Shown here piece by piece: positions 1 through 13,158 of a stretch of DNA of 64,000 nt. The notes beneath the pieces are model-generated. The model saw only the letters and a list, made by a program, of their open reading frames with translations. It was not told the origin of the DNA and ran no database searches. Position 1 is the stretch's first letter; every line of letters starts with the position of its first letter. The position numbers and the translations under genes were made by a program. Origin of the DNA: an uncultured Acidobacteriota bacterium (GTDB lineage: Bacteria; Acidobacteriota; Blastocatellia; RBC074); assembly GCA_963796275.1 (NCBI GenBank), contig CAWCKY010000006.1, positions 1,888,001-1,952,000 on the forward strand. The letters run 5' to 3'.

Positions 1-49
1 TTATCTTTCCTCGAGTTAGCTGACAAAATGCAAAAACATGCTCTGAAAT

Positions 50-1510
50 ATGAAGAAGAATCTACTTATCTATTTAGTCGTACTGGTTATATCCGGCGCG
101 TGTATTTATCTCATATTGTTATCCGGATCGCATTTGGAATCAGGCTCGCCGGCCCTTCGGGAATACCAAGGACATTCCGATACAGCCGGATCCCAATCTC
201 GGCAAAAGGAAAATACCATAACCAGCATCGGCGAGGTTTTGCACGAGCATCTGCGCGAGCCTATCAGCATCCTGCTTCTGCAGGTAATTGTTATCCTCAT
301 TGTATCCAGGGCAGTCAGTCTTTTATTCCATAAAATCGGCCAGCCCTCCGTCATCGGAGAAATGGTTGCAGGGCTACTCCTTGGGCCATCCCTGCTTGGG
401 ATGCTATTCCCCAATGTCATGTCGTTCCTGTTCCCCGCGTCATCAATGGGCACATTGAGATCGCTCAGCCAGATTGGCGTGATACTATTCATGTTTATCG
501 TCGGGACGGAAATAAACGTGCGACACCTGAAGGAGAAGGCGCGGGCTGCCGTGATCATCAGTCACACCAGCATCATCGTGCCCTTCATACTGGGCGTCAC
601 CGCCTCGCTCCTCATTTATCGCAGCTTCTCGCCTTCCACCATTTCGTTCACATCATTTGCTTTGTTTATGGGAGTCGCAATGAGCGTCACGGCTTTCCCG
701 GTGCTGGCCCGCATTATCGACGAGCGGGGAATGTCAAACTCATACCTGGGAAGTACTGCCATCGCTTGCGCGGCGGTAGATGATGTTACGGCCTGGTGCA
801 TACTGGCGACCGTGATCGCGGTCGTGAAAATGAACGGTATCTGGCCCTCCGCGCTGACTATTTTCTTGGCTCTCGCATTTACCGCGTTTATGCTCTATGT
901 GCTCAAGCCGCGACTTAACCGTGTTATTGGAGAGGGTGTTGAGATAGGGAAAAACGGCAGTGGGATTCTGGTCTTCGCTCTGGTGTTGGCATTTATCTCC
1001 GCATACTTCACGGAGGTGATCGGCATCCACGCGCTTTTCGGCGCCTTTCTGGCTGGAGCGGTGATGCCGGCCACAAGTACGGTTAGCTCGTTCTTAAGAG
1101 ACAAGATCGCGGCTTTCAGCTCGACCGCCTTGCTCCCTCTCTTCTTCGCGTTCACGGGATTGCGAACTCAGATTTCTCTGCTTGACGATTGGCAAAGCTG
1201 GCTGGTGTGCGCCGGCATAATCGCTGTGGCGATCGTTGGAAAACTGGGTGGCGGTATGCTGGCTGCCCGCTGGGCCGGGATGAGCTGGTTCGATTCGATC
1301 TCGATCGGTGTTCTGATGAACACGCGCGGCCTGATGGAACTGGTCGTACTCAATATTGGGTATGATCTGGGAATTCTGTCGGGGCGAATCTTTGCCATAA
1401 TGGTCCTGATGGCTCTGGTAACAACCTGTATGACGGGGCCGCTACTGTCGCTCCTCGCATTGACAGAACGGAAGGAGATCGTAAAAGAACAACCCGCGAC
1501 AATCGCCTGA
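50..1510 (+). CDS. Cation:proton antiporter (CPA2/Kef-type)
   Basis: 486 aa, many TM helices; [31 protein letters not shown] and [10 protein letters not shown] motifs typical of CPA2. Confidence 0.9.
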   Translation: MKKNLLIYLVVLVISGACIYLILLSGSHLESGSPALREYQGHSDTAGSQSRQKENTITSIGEVLHEHLREPISILLLQVIVILIVSRAVSLLFHKIGQPSVIGEMVAGLLLGPSLLGMLFPNVMSFLFPASSMGTLRSLSQIGVILFMFIVGTEINVRHLKEKARAAVIISHTSIIVPFILGVTASLLIYRSFSPSTISFTSFALFMGVAMSVTAFPVLARIIDERGMSNSYLGSTAIACAAVDDVTAWCILATVIAVVKMNGIWPSALTIFLALAFTAFMLYVLKPRLNRVIGEGVEIGKNGSGILVFALVLAFISAYFTEVIGIHALFGAFLAGAVMPATSTVSSFLRDKIAAFSSTALLPLFFAFTGLRTQISLLDDWQSWLVCAGIIAVAIVGKLGGGMLAARWAGMSWFDSISIGVLMNTRGLMELVVLNIGYDLGILSGRIFAIMVLMALVTTCMTGPLLSLLALTERKEIVKEQPATIA

Positions 1511-1664
1511 TGAACAGATGTACCTTCATCGCGCCGGCACAGATGTTGCCAGGAGGATAACCGAGGCCGATTATCCTCCGGCAACCGCAGCAATCTCCGT
1601 TCGCTCGCGGTGAATCAGATACCCTGGGACGCATTGCGAACTTCGCCAGCCGTTACCTCGCCAT

Positions 1665-2072
1665 TCAGCCTTGAGCTATTGCGCTCGGATCCATGTAGAA
1701 GACCTCCCAAATGTGGCCATCAGGGTCCTGAAACCCGTGTGAGTACATAAATCCGTGGTCTTGTGCTTTGTTGTAAGTTGTTCCGCCCGCGGCGACTGCC
1801 TTGCTCACGAGTTCGTCGACTTTCGCTCTACTGTCGATTGATAGAGCCACCAGAACTTCTGTGCTCTTAGTCGCGTCGCAAATTTCTTTGGGAGTGAAAG
1901 TTTTGAATTTCTCGTGAGTCAACAACATGACGAATATGTCTTCCGTCACAATCATGCACGTGGCAGTATCGTCCGTGAATTGGGAATTAAACGTAAAACC
2001 GAGTTTTGTAAAAAACTCAATCGACTTTTTGAGATTTTTTACGGGTAGGTTCACAAAAATTTTAGTAGCCAT
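1665..2072 (-). CDS. VOC/glyoxalase family protein
   Basis: IFVNLPVKNL...FFTKLGF and FQDPDGHIWEV motifs; AGGAG RBS upstream. Confidence 0.9.
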   Translation of the reverse strand: MATKIFVNLPVKNLKKSIEFFTKLGFTFNSQFTDDTATCMIVTEDIFVMLLTHEKFKTFTPKEICDATKSTEVLVALSIDSRAKVDELVSKAVAAGGTTYNKAQDHGFMYSHGFQDPDGHIWEVFYMDPSAIAQG

Positions 2073-2145
2073 CTCTATCTCCTTTTTTCTTTAACTTTAT
2101 TCACAAGTAAATCGAACGGCGTGAGCCCGAATCGACATAACCGGA

Positions 2146-3232
2146 TTATTTAACAATATTTTTATTATCGGTGCCCATCGAGACGGGGAGGCAGAGAAAT
2201 TCTCCATACTGGCGCGCAGCAGCGGTCACGGTTCGGCTCTCGGCTTTCGTCAATCGCTTGAAAGTATTTGTTTCAATCACAACGGCAGCTCTTTTCAGCG
2301 TTCGTTTCCAGGTTCCCATCAACCTGCCATTGATGAAGATCAGATGACTGAAGACCAACTGGCTGGCACGATCCGCGTCAAAGAAGGCGCTGCGGTCACG
2401 ATAGCCGATCCCGTATTCGTCATAATTCGGTAACAGGTATGCTTTCTGAAAAACGTCGCCTGTTAATGAGATGTTCGGAGAAAACCAATATGTCTGGCCA
2501 TTATATGTCGCATTCTCCAGCAAAGGCCTGGCTGCTTCGACCCCTCGTTTGGCATCGGCCATAGTCAATCCAGACCACCAAACAAAATCCCGGAGGGTTG
2601 CCGGACCGCGACTCGCGAAATATCTTCGGATTAACTCGTACAGTGCTTCATCGCGTTCCATTTGCTTCGCCCGCGGTGCACGCTCTTCCAGTAATGCATA
2701 TGTGAATTGTCGGCCGCGTCGCGCGCCGCTGCAGACGATGCCATCCAGTTCGGCATTCGCCATCAGATACGCCATGCGTAACTCGCCATCTGTGGGGATG
2801 CCGGCTTTCGCAAAGGCGGCGCGCAACTCCGCGCGCGTGAGCTGATGGCCATCCTGCAATGCCTTGGTCAGGACCTTCCGGCTGCGTTGAAATGTGTGTG
2901 GATCGAGTTCGCACTTACGATAGTACGGAGCGTTCAGCGCGTGGACGCGCGGCGCAGTCAGGGCCAGCATCCAGCGAATATCGGCGGGAGCTACGAAATG
3001 CCATGTCGGCCGTAAAACATGCGCGCGTAAAAATAGATCCATCCGTAAAGGCGCGCTCTACCTGTTCGTCGGTTGAACCCGGTAAGCGCACACCCAATGC
3101 CCATTTGGCGCCGACATAATCCTGCGCCTGGATGGCGCCAAGCCAACGCACTATTTCGGCGGGTTTCTTGAACCGAGAGCCGGTGAGGTGCTGGTTCTGC
3201 TGTCGCTTCTGTATGATCTCTAAATTCGTCAT
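2146..3232 (-). CDS. Winged-helix DNA-binding / AlkZ-YcaQ-like DNA glycosylase family protein, split by a +1 frameshift
   Basis: AIQAQD, LRPTWHFV, RGPATLRDFVWWSGL and LLPNYDEY motifs; removing one A from the run at 3029-3033 joins ORFs 2915..3232 and 2146..3042. Confidence 0.85.
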
Positions 3233-3399
3233 CTGCGATAATTCTTACTCGCACCGTGATGCTTTGTCGGCCGGGATATCCATAAATAAGTGCGTCGAGG
3301 CGAACCTGGTCCGATCGATGGTTAAATCCGGTTGAAAAAGCAGAGAAAAAAGACGGGGATGATATAGAAATCTGATCACACCTCATGCAAGGCGAGTAT

Positions 3400-3480
3400 G
3401 GGAACCCACAAGGTATGGCTGCGATTGGCGGGCATAAAGACGTTGCCGCCTTTATGCTCGCGTCAGGTGCCCGGGAATAA
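3400..3480 (+). pseudogene. Ankyrin-repeat remnant
   Basis: Reads MAAIGGHKDVAAFMLASGARE*, matching the ankyrin consensus AA..GH.DV...LL..GA; no upstream ORF. Confidence 0.4.
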
Positions 3481-3598
3481 CGAACCCTCTCTCCGTTCGA
3501 TTCGATTATGCGATGATACGGAAGTATCTAATGGGAACGATATCCTGCGATGGGCGCATGGCCGAAACCCCGTAATGCTTTCTCAGGCGTCCGATTCC

Positions 3599-4000
3599 TT
3601 AGCTTTTCAGCGGAAGGAACGAGCGCAGCCTGTCATCGCGCAAGAAAAGCCCGACCCAGACCAGCGCGCCGATAATGATCGGCATGAAATATGGATCGCC
3701 AACGCGCACATGGGTTGCAGTTGCCCCACCGAGATACCCCGTCAATAAGATCGCCCCGAGTACGGCTGTGCGCGGAATAGCATAAAGGATCGCACATGCA
3801 ATCTCGGCTATTCCGATCCCGAGTATTACGTTCCCGGGATATCCGAGCCGTGTGAATTCATCAACCACCTGAACCGGTTTGAACAATTTCCCGATGCCGC
3901 TGAACAGCAGCATCAATACCAGCAGGCCACTGATGACGCGTCCTGCCCAGATCAGCTTATTTGAAACAGGAGCAGAATGAGTAGTAACCGATTGCATCAA
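3599..4000 (-). CDS. DoxX-family membrane protein
   Basis: 133 aa, 4 TM, LYAIPRTAVLGAILLTGYLGGATATHVR motif. Confidence 0.88.
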   Translation of the reverse strand: MMQSVTTHSAPVSNKLIWAGRVISGLLVLMLLFSGIGKLFKPVQVVDEFTRLGYPGNVILGIGIAEIACAILYAIPRTAVLGAILLTGYLGGATATHVRVGDPYFMPIIIGALVWVGLFLRDDRLRSFLPLKS

Positions 4001-4027
4001 TTTTCCTCCGGAGCTTACCCAGCTCCA

Positions 4028-4384
4028 TTATTCAGCGGGTAATCCCGCGATCTCCATCACCGGCCGGATTTCGACGGTGCCCACGCGCGCGCCCGGAATT
4101 TGTGCGGCGATGCTGATCGCCTCATCGAGATCTCTGGCGTCGACCATGAAGTATCCGCCCAATTGTTCGCGCGTCTCTGCAAACGGACCATCGGTCACGA
4201 AACGTTTGCCCTCACGCATACGGACGCTGGTCGCTGTTGCTGTCGGATGCAACGGGTTGGCGCCCAGATATTGCCCGCTCGCCTTCAATTGGTTAGAGAG
4301 CTGTGTGGACTCCGCATAACAATGCTCCCGTTCAGCATCGCTCAATACCTGTTCATCAAGATAAATGAGCAACATGTATTTCAT
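4028..4384 (-). CDS. YciI-family (DGPF) protein
   Basis: MKYMLLIY start with GGAGG RBS; TDGPFAETREQLGG and VEIRP motifs. Confidence 0.9.
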   Translation of the reverse strand: MKYMLLIYLDEQVLSDAEREHCYAESTQLSNQLKASGQYLGANPLHPTATATSVRMREGKRFVTDGPFAETREQLGGYFMVDARDLDEAISIAAQIPGARVGTVEIRPVMEIAGLPAE

Positions 4385-4577
4385 TTGTATACCTCCATCC
4401 ATTAATCGAACGCTGAGTGCCGGAATCGACATCTAATCGAAATTTATTTTAGTCAAGCACGCAATTTAGAATAGTCGATTCACCACAAAATTCACAAATA
4501 TTCAACAAACTAAAATAAATGAGGGCGCGCGGCTCTCAGACATCGACTTTTAATTAGCGGGCGCGATGAGGACGATG

Positions 4578-4725
4578 TCATTCATACTTCAACGCTACTA
4601 TCGGTTCCGTCCTGGCCGCCCGTCGGGCCAGGGAGGTAGCAGGCGAGGAGCGCCACCGCCGCCAACAGCGATGCCACCCCGGCGTATGTCAGCGGATCGG
4701 TAGCCGTCACGCCGAAAAGCTGGTG
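4578..4725 (-). pseudogene. 3' remnant of an ADOP-type ABC permease
   Basis: Frameshifted translation QLFGVTATDPLTYA..LLAAVALLACYLP.ARRAARTEPIVALKYE* matches the C-termini of intact paralogs in this window. Confidence 0.8.
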
Positions 4726-4734
4726 GCGATAAAA

Positions 4735-4903
4735 CGGCTTCTTTTATCGGTAGAGATTTGAGTTCCTGGTGCCAGCCGTCCAGCACTCGTTGAGGCAGTT
4801 AATCGAAGAGGTGAAAACATACGTGTTGTGTTACGCCTTCGCCTTCGAAATGCGGGAAATAGCCGCGCGAATACCAGCTATCGCGCGATTCCTCTTTGGA
4901 CAC
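4735..4903 (-). mobile_element. N-terminal remnant of a REP-associated tyrosine (Y1/RAYT-like) transposase
   Basis: Translation [37 protein letters not shown] resembles the WxSRGYLPHF...TFxLxDSLP N-terminus of RAYT-like transposases; frameshift and stop present. Confidence 0.65.
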
Positions 4904-4983
4904 AACCAATCTATAGTTGAAAAACGTTGGCAACGGGTTCTATCCTGGTGTCTAAGCTTCCAGACATGCCGGCTTCTCTGTGA

Positions 4984-5319
4984 TCAGGCGTCGCGCAGGA
5001 TCAGCTCGACTGCTCCCGAGAACCTCTTCCAGGTCTCCAACTCCTCGTCGAGCTTCTTCTTCCCGGCTGCGGTCAGTTTATAGAATTTGGCGCGCCGGTT
5101 ATTCTCCGACGCTCCCCACTCAGCGGCGACCAGTCCCCGCGCCTCCATCCGGTGCAGGGCAGGATAGAGCGATCCTGGGATGACGGTAAATACATCGCCC
5201 GAGACGAGTTGTATGCGCAGCATTATGTCCCAGCCGTTTAAGGGGCCGTGCCGTAGCACGCGCAAGATGAGCAGGTCCAGCATTCCCTGCAACATGTCCG
5301 TTTTCTTTTTCTTTGTCAT
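4984..5319 (-). CDS. PadR-family transcriptional regulator (acidobacterial type)
   Basis: LQGMLDLLILRVL, GSLYPALHRME and WGASENNRRAKFYKLT motifs. Confidence 0.93.
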   Translation of the reverse strand: MTKKKKTDMLQGMLDLLILRVLRHGPLNGWDIMLRIQLVSGDVFTVIPGSLYPALHRMEARGLVAAEWGASENNRRAKFYKLTAAGKKKLDEELETWKRFSGAVELILRDA

Positions 5320-5438
5320 GGAATTCCTCAGAAAATAGTTTCAGCCTCGATCACTATGGAAGCTTTCAGTCCCCGATCGAAACACCTGACTAAGAACCGA
5401 ATTCATTCATTTATTCTTAATTGGAGTCATATCTGGCT

Positions 5439-5494
5439 CCTCTCGGTTCTCGATAGGCCGAAGCTTAAAGATTTACCAATCGAGTGTCAATAGG
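5439..5494 (-). promoter_or_regulatory. sigma70-type promoter with two putative PadR operators
   Basis: TTGACA (5490-5485), N17, TAAGCT; imperfect inverted repeats at 5439-5457 and 5476-5494; near-identical copy at 34451-34506. Confidence 0.7.
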
Positions 5495-5934
5495 TAGGTA
5501 TGCTGAGGACCTGCGTGTTGAACATTTATCGAAGGGCAAACTTACATTCGATATCCTGCCCGGTCAGAGAAGAGGCGGCCCCTGATTCACCTTATGTCCG
5601 GGAGTGAGGATGAGGTGGTCTCTCCTTCACTTAAAAATATCTTATGCATCTAGTAGAATGGCTGGTCGATTGATGAAGCAAGGATAGGTACGCCCACGCC
5701 AGCCTTGTTTAATTCTTGGGACAAAAAACAGACACCTCCGTCTAATTCATTGATTGTCCAAAGACGCAAGTTAATCCTCCCTGAATAATCAAATACAAGA
5801 GAAAGTGTGCGTGACGTGCAGCAATGAAGGCTGCAGCGTTCGAGTAAATGATCGATCTTCACCGTGGGCTAGCGACCTACTCGGGGTGAATCAAAAGACT
5901 CGTTTTCTTGAATGTAATAAAAAGAGGAGAAACA

Positions 5935-8680
<2,746 letters not shown>

Positions 8681-8700
8681 TTCGGTGATTGATAGTTGAT

Positions 8701-8764
8701 AATTGATAATTGATAATTCGTATACGTGGTGGTCACAGCGTATACGAATAATCAATTATCAATT
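8701..8764. repeat. 26-bp near-perfect hairpin built from TTGATAA heptamers; possible terminator
   Basis: Arms 8701-8726 and 8739-8764 pair at 25/26 positions, 12-nt loop; directly after the GH63 stop. Confidence 0.8.
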
Positions 8765-8888
8765 TCGCTCATCCGCTATTCAAACCTTAATAACGGCGGG
8801 GAATCTACTTTTTATGGCTCTCCTTGAAAGAGCTGCGGTCCTGCAAAAAGAAGTCTCGATCTTCATGGCGAATTCTGTCGGGTACCTA

Positions 8889-8935
8889 TGGACAATACAA
8901 TGGAAGAAGGGTATCTTCTTTGACATGTCCAAGGG
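8889..8935 (+). promoter_or_regulatory. Putative leaderless promoter of padR
   Basis: TGGACA-N17-TATCTT, ATG 7 nt downstream, no Shine-Dalgarno; imperfect palindrome overlaps the ATG. Confidence 0.5.
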
Positions 8936-9287
8936 AAAAAATGCAAATTCGGAGAAGTCTGAAGTCCTCCAGGGGACGCTGGATCTAATGGTGCTGAAAG
9001 TTCTCGAGGCGCTGGGGCCACAACATGGGTATGGCATCGCCAGGCGGATCGAGCAGGTGAGCGAGCAGGTTCTACAATTGAATGAAGGAACAGTCTATAC
9101 CTCGCTCCTGCGGCTGCAGCAACGGGGATGGATCACTGCAGATTGGGGGGCATCGGAGAACAATCGTAAGGCCAAGTATTATTCGATCACCAAAAGCGGC
9201 AGAAAACAGCTTACGAGAGAGACGGAGAGTTGGGAGCGGATGGCCGATGTTATCGGGCGCCTGTTGAAACTGGGGAGCCAGGGCTAG
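8925..9287 (+). CDS. PadR-family transcriptional regulator
   Basis: LQGTLDLMVLKVL, HGYGIARRIEQ and WGASENNRKAKYY motifs. Confidence 0.93.
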   Translation: MSKGKNANSEKSEVLQGTLDLMVLKVLEALGPQHGYGIARRIEQVSEQVLQLNEGTVYTSLLRLQQRGWITADWGASENNRKAKYYSITKSGRKQLTRETESWERMADVIGRLLKLGSQG

Positions 9288-9293
9288 ATCGGA

Positions 9294-9402
9294 ATTCACC
9301 ATGAAAATCACAATATGTACAAAACACTAACTGAAGAATGAAGAAATAGTGCGTCCTTCAGCCTCAATCCTTTTGTGCTTGTTTGTAGTTTTTGTGGTGA
9401 AT
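9294..9402. repeat. ATTCACCA...TGGTGAAT palindromic intergenic element
   Basis: Terminal inverted repeats with CACAAAA/TTTTGTG-like periodic arms; related copies at 4478, 13159, 13295, 39303 and 43489. Confidence 0.65.
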
Positions 9403-9538
9403 GGCCGGACCTGTCTTGAAGAATCTCTGCCGGAATAGGCCATCTTCTCATTACTTATGTCGATCGGCAGGCGATCCGGGTAATTGTGCATCATCAATTG
9501 TAACGCCTCTCGCCCTCATCTATAATCCGCATTCGCCC

Positions 9539-10030
9539 ATGAACCTCTTCAGCATCGGTCACAGCAATGTGGGGATCGACGCCTTCATCGACTTACTTCG
9601 GCTTCACCAGATAACCGCGCTTGTTGATGCGCGCAGCCGGCCTTACAGCCGCTACAACCAGCATTTCAGCCGCGAGCATTTGAAACAGTCTCTCGCAGAA
9701 GCCGGGATTGAATACACATATCTTGGGAAAGAGATAGGCGGGCGCCCTGAAGATCCGGCGCTCTATTTTCAAAACGGCAAGGTTGATTATGAGCTAGTAG
9801 CGCGATCGCCATCTTTCCTGGCTGGGATAGAGCGGTTGCTGGCGCTGGCATCGGAGCACCGTGTGGCTTTCATGTGTGCCGAGGCCAATTACAAAAACTG
9901 CCACCGCTACTGGCTAATTACGCGTACTCTGTTGGGATGCGGGATCGAAGTTCGACACATCCTGCATTCGGGCGAAGCGGTCGTTTCGGAAGCATCGGAG
10001 TTCGAACCGGACCAGCCGAGCTTGTTCTGA
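9539..10030 (+). CDS. DUF488 family protein
   Basis: LFSIGHSN, LVDARSRPYSRY and FMCAE...CHR motifs. Confidence 0.88.
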   Translation: MNLFSIGHSNVGIDAFIDLLRLHQITALVDARSRPYSRYNQHFSREHLKQSLAEAGIEYTYLGKEIGGRPEDPALYFQNGKVDYELVARSPSFLAGIERLLALASEHRVAFMCAEANYKNCHRYWLITRTLLGCGIEVRHILHSGEAVVSEASEFEPDQPSLF

Positions 10031-10120
10031 CGGGAGACTGACGACTTTACCAACACGGCGATCGCAACATGCGATCGCGCGATTGCCGGACTCCACGTCG
10101 CTCGCCTCTTAACCCCACCG

Positions 10121-10174
10121 GTGTTGACTACCTACAGAACATGGTTTAGTCTCCTGCTGTTCGCCGACAGGAGG
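10121..10174 (+). promoter_or_regulatory. sigma70-type promoter with two putative PadR operators
   Basis: TTGACT-N17-TAGTCT; inverted repeats at 10121-10137 and 10153-10171, the second overlapping the RBS; homologous to 21248-21301. Confidence 0.65.
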
Positions 10175-10178
10175 AAAA

Positions 10179-10526
10179 ATGGAACAGAATAAGAATCAGG
10201 TGCTTCCCGGGACGCTCAATCTGATGATCCTCAAAACCCTGGAGACTCTCGGGCCGCTGCACGGCTATGGGATTGCCCGGCGCATCGAACAGATCAGCGC
10301 CGACCGCTTTCAGCTCAATCAAGGGACGATGTATCCGGCTCTTTTGCATCTGGAGCAGATGGGCTGGATCACCTCCAAGTGGGGCGTTTCGGAGAACAAC
10401 CGGCGGGCCAAGTTTTACGCGATCACGCGTACCGGGCGGAAGCAGCTAGCAGCTGAGGAAGAGAATTGGCGGCAGATATCAGATATTCTGACCCGATTCC
10501 TCGAGCCTTCGGGAGAGAGCCTATGA
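10179..10526 (+). CDS. PadR-family transcriptional regulator
   Basis: LPGTLNLMILKTL, HGYGIARRIEQ and WGVSENNRRAKFY motifs. Confidence 0.94.
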   Translation: MEQNKNQVLPGTLNLMILKTLETLGPLHGYGIARRIEQISADRFQLNQGTMYPALLHLEQMGWITSKWGVSENNRRAKFYAITRTGRKQLAAEEENWRQISDILTRFLEPSGESL

Positions 10527-10602
10527 TCCCATTGCGGGTCTTCGTTCAGCGTTTACGCAGGCTATTTTTAAGCGGAGGCTCGAGCGGGAATCGGAGAGCG
10601 AG
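10523..10602 (+). pseudogene. 5' remnant of an ADOP-type permease
   Basis: ATGA overlap with padR; MIPLRVFVQRLRRLF..KRRLERE resembles MTWLRVFIHRLRGLILKRKLEQE at 21421. Confidence 0.7.
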
Positions 10603-10650
10603 GCGTGTCGGTCCAGGGGCACGCTGCGTGTCGATTGTGGTGTAGATCCT

Positions 10651-10857
10651 ATGAGAGCGCTGGTCTCTGCCAACTCACTGGGAGCGGAGGCGCTTGGGAT
10701 GGCCGATCAAATCGGTTCGATCGCGCCCGGCCTGCATGCGGACATCATCGCGCTCAATGGGGATCCGTTGAAGGAGATCACAGCCGTTCGGAGCGTAGTA
10801 TTCGTGATGAAGGGCGGGGTTGTTTACAAGAACGTCGCGCATCGCGTGACACAATAG
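10651..10857 (+). pseudogene. C-terminal fragment of an amidohydrolase-family protein
   Basis: AEALGMADQIGSIAPGLHADIIALNGDPL...VFVMKGG; N-terminal barrel absent. Confidence 0.8.
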
Positions 10858-10867
10858 ACTCTCCATC

Positions 10868-13120
10868 CTACCACCTGATCAATCTGATCAAGCTGGCATA
10901 GTCGTCTGTCCACACGGTGCTCCGTGTGCCGCGTATTTCCGAGGTGATATTTTCCCATTTCAGCAAATGCTTGAGGCTCTCCAGAGAGTTGGTGCGTGGC
11001 ACCAGCACGACCCACTCGGACGCGTCGTCACCCCGGGCAGGAGAAATGCCCGAGTCCTGTCGCCAGAGGCATTCTGCGCCTGCTTCGTCCGCTGCTGTCG
11101 CGAGCACGGGTCGCAGATCGACGCTCCGATTGGATACGTGAAAAACCAGGAGCCCGTTTTTGCTCAGCTTCGAGAGGTATAGCCCGATCGCCTCTCTCGT
11201 CAGCAGGTGAGTGGGTATGACGTTGGAGTTGAAGGCGTCCAATACTATCAGGCCGTAACTGCTATCGAGTGCTTCGCTCAATTTGAGCCGTGCATCCCCG
11301 GTGACGATCCTGACATCCACCTGGGCGCAGTCACTGAGATAGGTGAAATAGTCTTTATTCCTTGCTATTTTTATTATCTCCGGATTGAGTTCGTAGAAAG
11401 TCCAATCGTGGCCCGGCCGCGCGTAAGACGCCATTGTCCCAACACCGAGGCCTATCACGGCGACCGATTTTGCAGTCGGGCTGACCTCGAATGCCTTTAT
11501 GATGTCGCCGACCGGTCCTTCCGGATAATAATGGGAAATGGGATCGCACCTGCGATCCGCATCGGTGAACTGTTTACCGTGAACGGAATTGCCATGAATT
11601 AAGCTGTTCAACTCCAGATGCGGTGTCGAAGTCACGCGCAACGCGCCGAAGAAATTACGGCTGGAGTACAGGGTTCCAGTCATTGTCTCCGATGTCAGAG
11701 CGCCGGCGATGATAGTGGCGCCGATGGCAAGCGCGAATCTCAGCGGGTAGTTCCTGAAAAGGTGATTGACCAATACCAGAGGTATCCCGAAGATCAGCGC
11801 CACTCTGGCCACGTCTTCCAGACTGAGAAAAGCAGCGAACCGGGCGAGCACCAACATTAGCGCGCCTACGCACAGCGCATAAACAACATCTTGTAGAATG
11901 GGCCAGGGGGCCAGCCTTCTCTTATCCCACGTACATGCTATGCAGGCGAGAATTATCACGAGCGGATATTCCAAGAATTTGTCGAATATCTGTGGCGCAA
12001 GAAACATGTTAAACGCGCCGCCCAGCCATCCACCGGCCGCAATCATAAAATAGTATTCCGGTAACCTTCCAACCGACGGCTTGGCAGCAGCCAACTCATA
12101 AGTTGTAGCCGCGGTGAGTATAAAAAATGCCGCCAGGTGTAGCAGAGCAAGAGCCCAGGCTGGCTGCGTGGCCTCAGCCACGATGGTCAGCGTTAAAAGA
12201 AGTGCCATACCAGGCACTAACGACTCCGGCCTGAATTTCCAGCGGCGAGACCTCGAAGAGAAGGCCAGTATAAAAGCCAGCAGATATAAGGATAAAGGCG
12301 CCAGCCAGAGTAAGGGGGTCGGTGCGATGGTTGAAGTGACATAGTTCGTCACCCCTAGCAATAAGCTGGTGGGGATGGCGCTCAGCAATAACCACTTCCA
12401 CCTGCTCCCGGCAGGCGCCTCAGTCTCATTGCCGGGCTCGTCCGCGGAAACGGAGATGTTATGGTCTTTCAGCCTTGCTTCGTTTCCCCTCCACCAGACC
12501 ATACCGGCGCTTGCTGTAACGGCCAGGAGATATGCCAGATAGATGCCGGTCCAAACATCAGCCTGGTGGTTGAGTGACAGCGCGGGCTCTACCAGGAAAG
12601 GGTAACCCAGGGTTGCAGCCAGGCTTCCGGCATTACTGACGGCGTAAAGCGAATAGACTGACTGGCCGAAGCCGGGATATATCTGGGCTATCCATGCCTG
12701 CAGGAGCGGGCTCAAGGCGGCGAGCGCAAATGCGGGTAGACCCAACTTGACTACCAATTCGGTGAGCACCGAGAGGATGGGTGAGTAGTTGTAAAGCCAG
12801 TCGGATTCCCTATCACCCAGGTTCAGGGGAAGCGCAATGAAAGCAGTCAGGGTTAAAAGAGCGACATGGATTAGGACCTGTCGTCGGAGGTCGAATAGCT
12901 TGTTTAAGAGGATCACATAGCCGTAGGCCGCTACAATGATCGTCTGAAAGAATAATACGCACCCTCCCCATACCTCAGGCACGCCACCGAAAGAGGGTAG
13001 GAGCGCTTTGGCGATGAGCGGTTGTACCCAAAATAGCAAAATCGAGCTGGTAAACAGTGCTACAGCGAATATCCATGGTGTAGCGCGAGATGGCTCTCTG
13101 AGTGTGGCTATCGTGACCAT
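10868..13120 (-). CDS. Fused membrane (MFS-like)/spermidine synthase-like methyltransferase
   Basis: About 13 TM helices followed by VAVIGLGVGTMA, YELNP, GDAR, IVLDAF, HLLTREA and WTDDY motifs. Confidence 0.9.
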   Translation of the reverse strand: MVTIATLREPSRATPWIFAVALFTSSILLFWVQPLIAKALLPSFGGVPEVWGGCVLFFQTIIVAAYGYVILLNKLFDLRRQVLIHVALLTLTAFIALPLNLGDRESDWLYNYSPILSVLTELVVKLGLPAFALAALSPLLQAWIAQIYPGFGQSVYSLYAVSNAGSLAATLGYPFLVEPALSLNHQADVWTGIYLAYLLAVTASAGMVWWRGNEARLKDHNISVSADEPGNETEAPAGSRWKWLLLSAIPTSLLLGVTNYVTSTIAPTPLLWLAPLSLYLLAFILAFSSRSRRWKFRPESLVPGMALLLTLTIVAEATQPAWALALLHLAAFFILTAATTYELAAAKPSVGRLPEYYFMIAAGGWLGGAFNMFLAPQIFDKFLEYPLVIILACIACTWDKRRLAPWPILQDVVYALCVGALMLVLARFAAFLSLEDVARVALIFGIPLVLVNHLFRNYPLRFALAIGATIIAGALTSETMTGTLYSSRNFFGALRVTSTPHLELNSLIHGNSVHGKQFTDADRRCDPISHYYPEGPVGDIIKAFEVSPTAKSVAVIGLGVGTMASYARPGHDWTFYELNPEIIKIARNKDYFTYLSDCAQVDVRIVTGDARLKLSEALDSSYGLIVLDAFNSNVIPTHLLTREAIGLYLSKLSKNGLLVFHVSNRSVDLRPVLATAADEAGAECLWRQDSGISPARGDDASEWVVLVPRTNSLESLKHLLKWENITSEIRGTRSTVWTDDYASLIRLIRW

Positions 13121-13158
13121 AATGTAGATATGCGACCGGTGCTGTTCGAAAAAAATCT

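Noticed and set aside
8703-8924. N-terminal extension of the PadR ORF as given in the track
   Set aside because: Runs through a hairpin and a promoter; homology starts at the ATG at 8925
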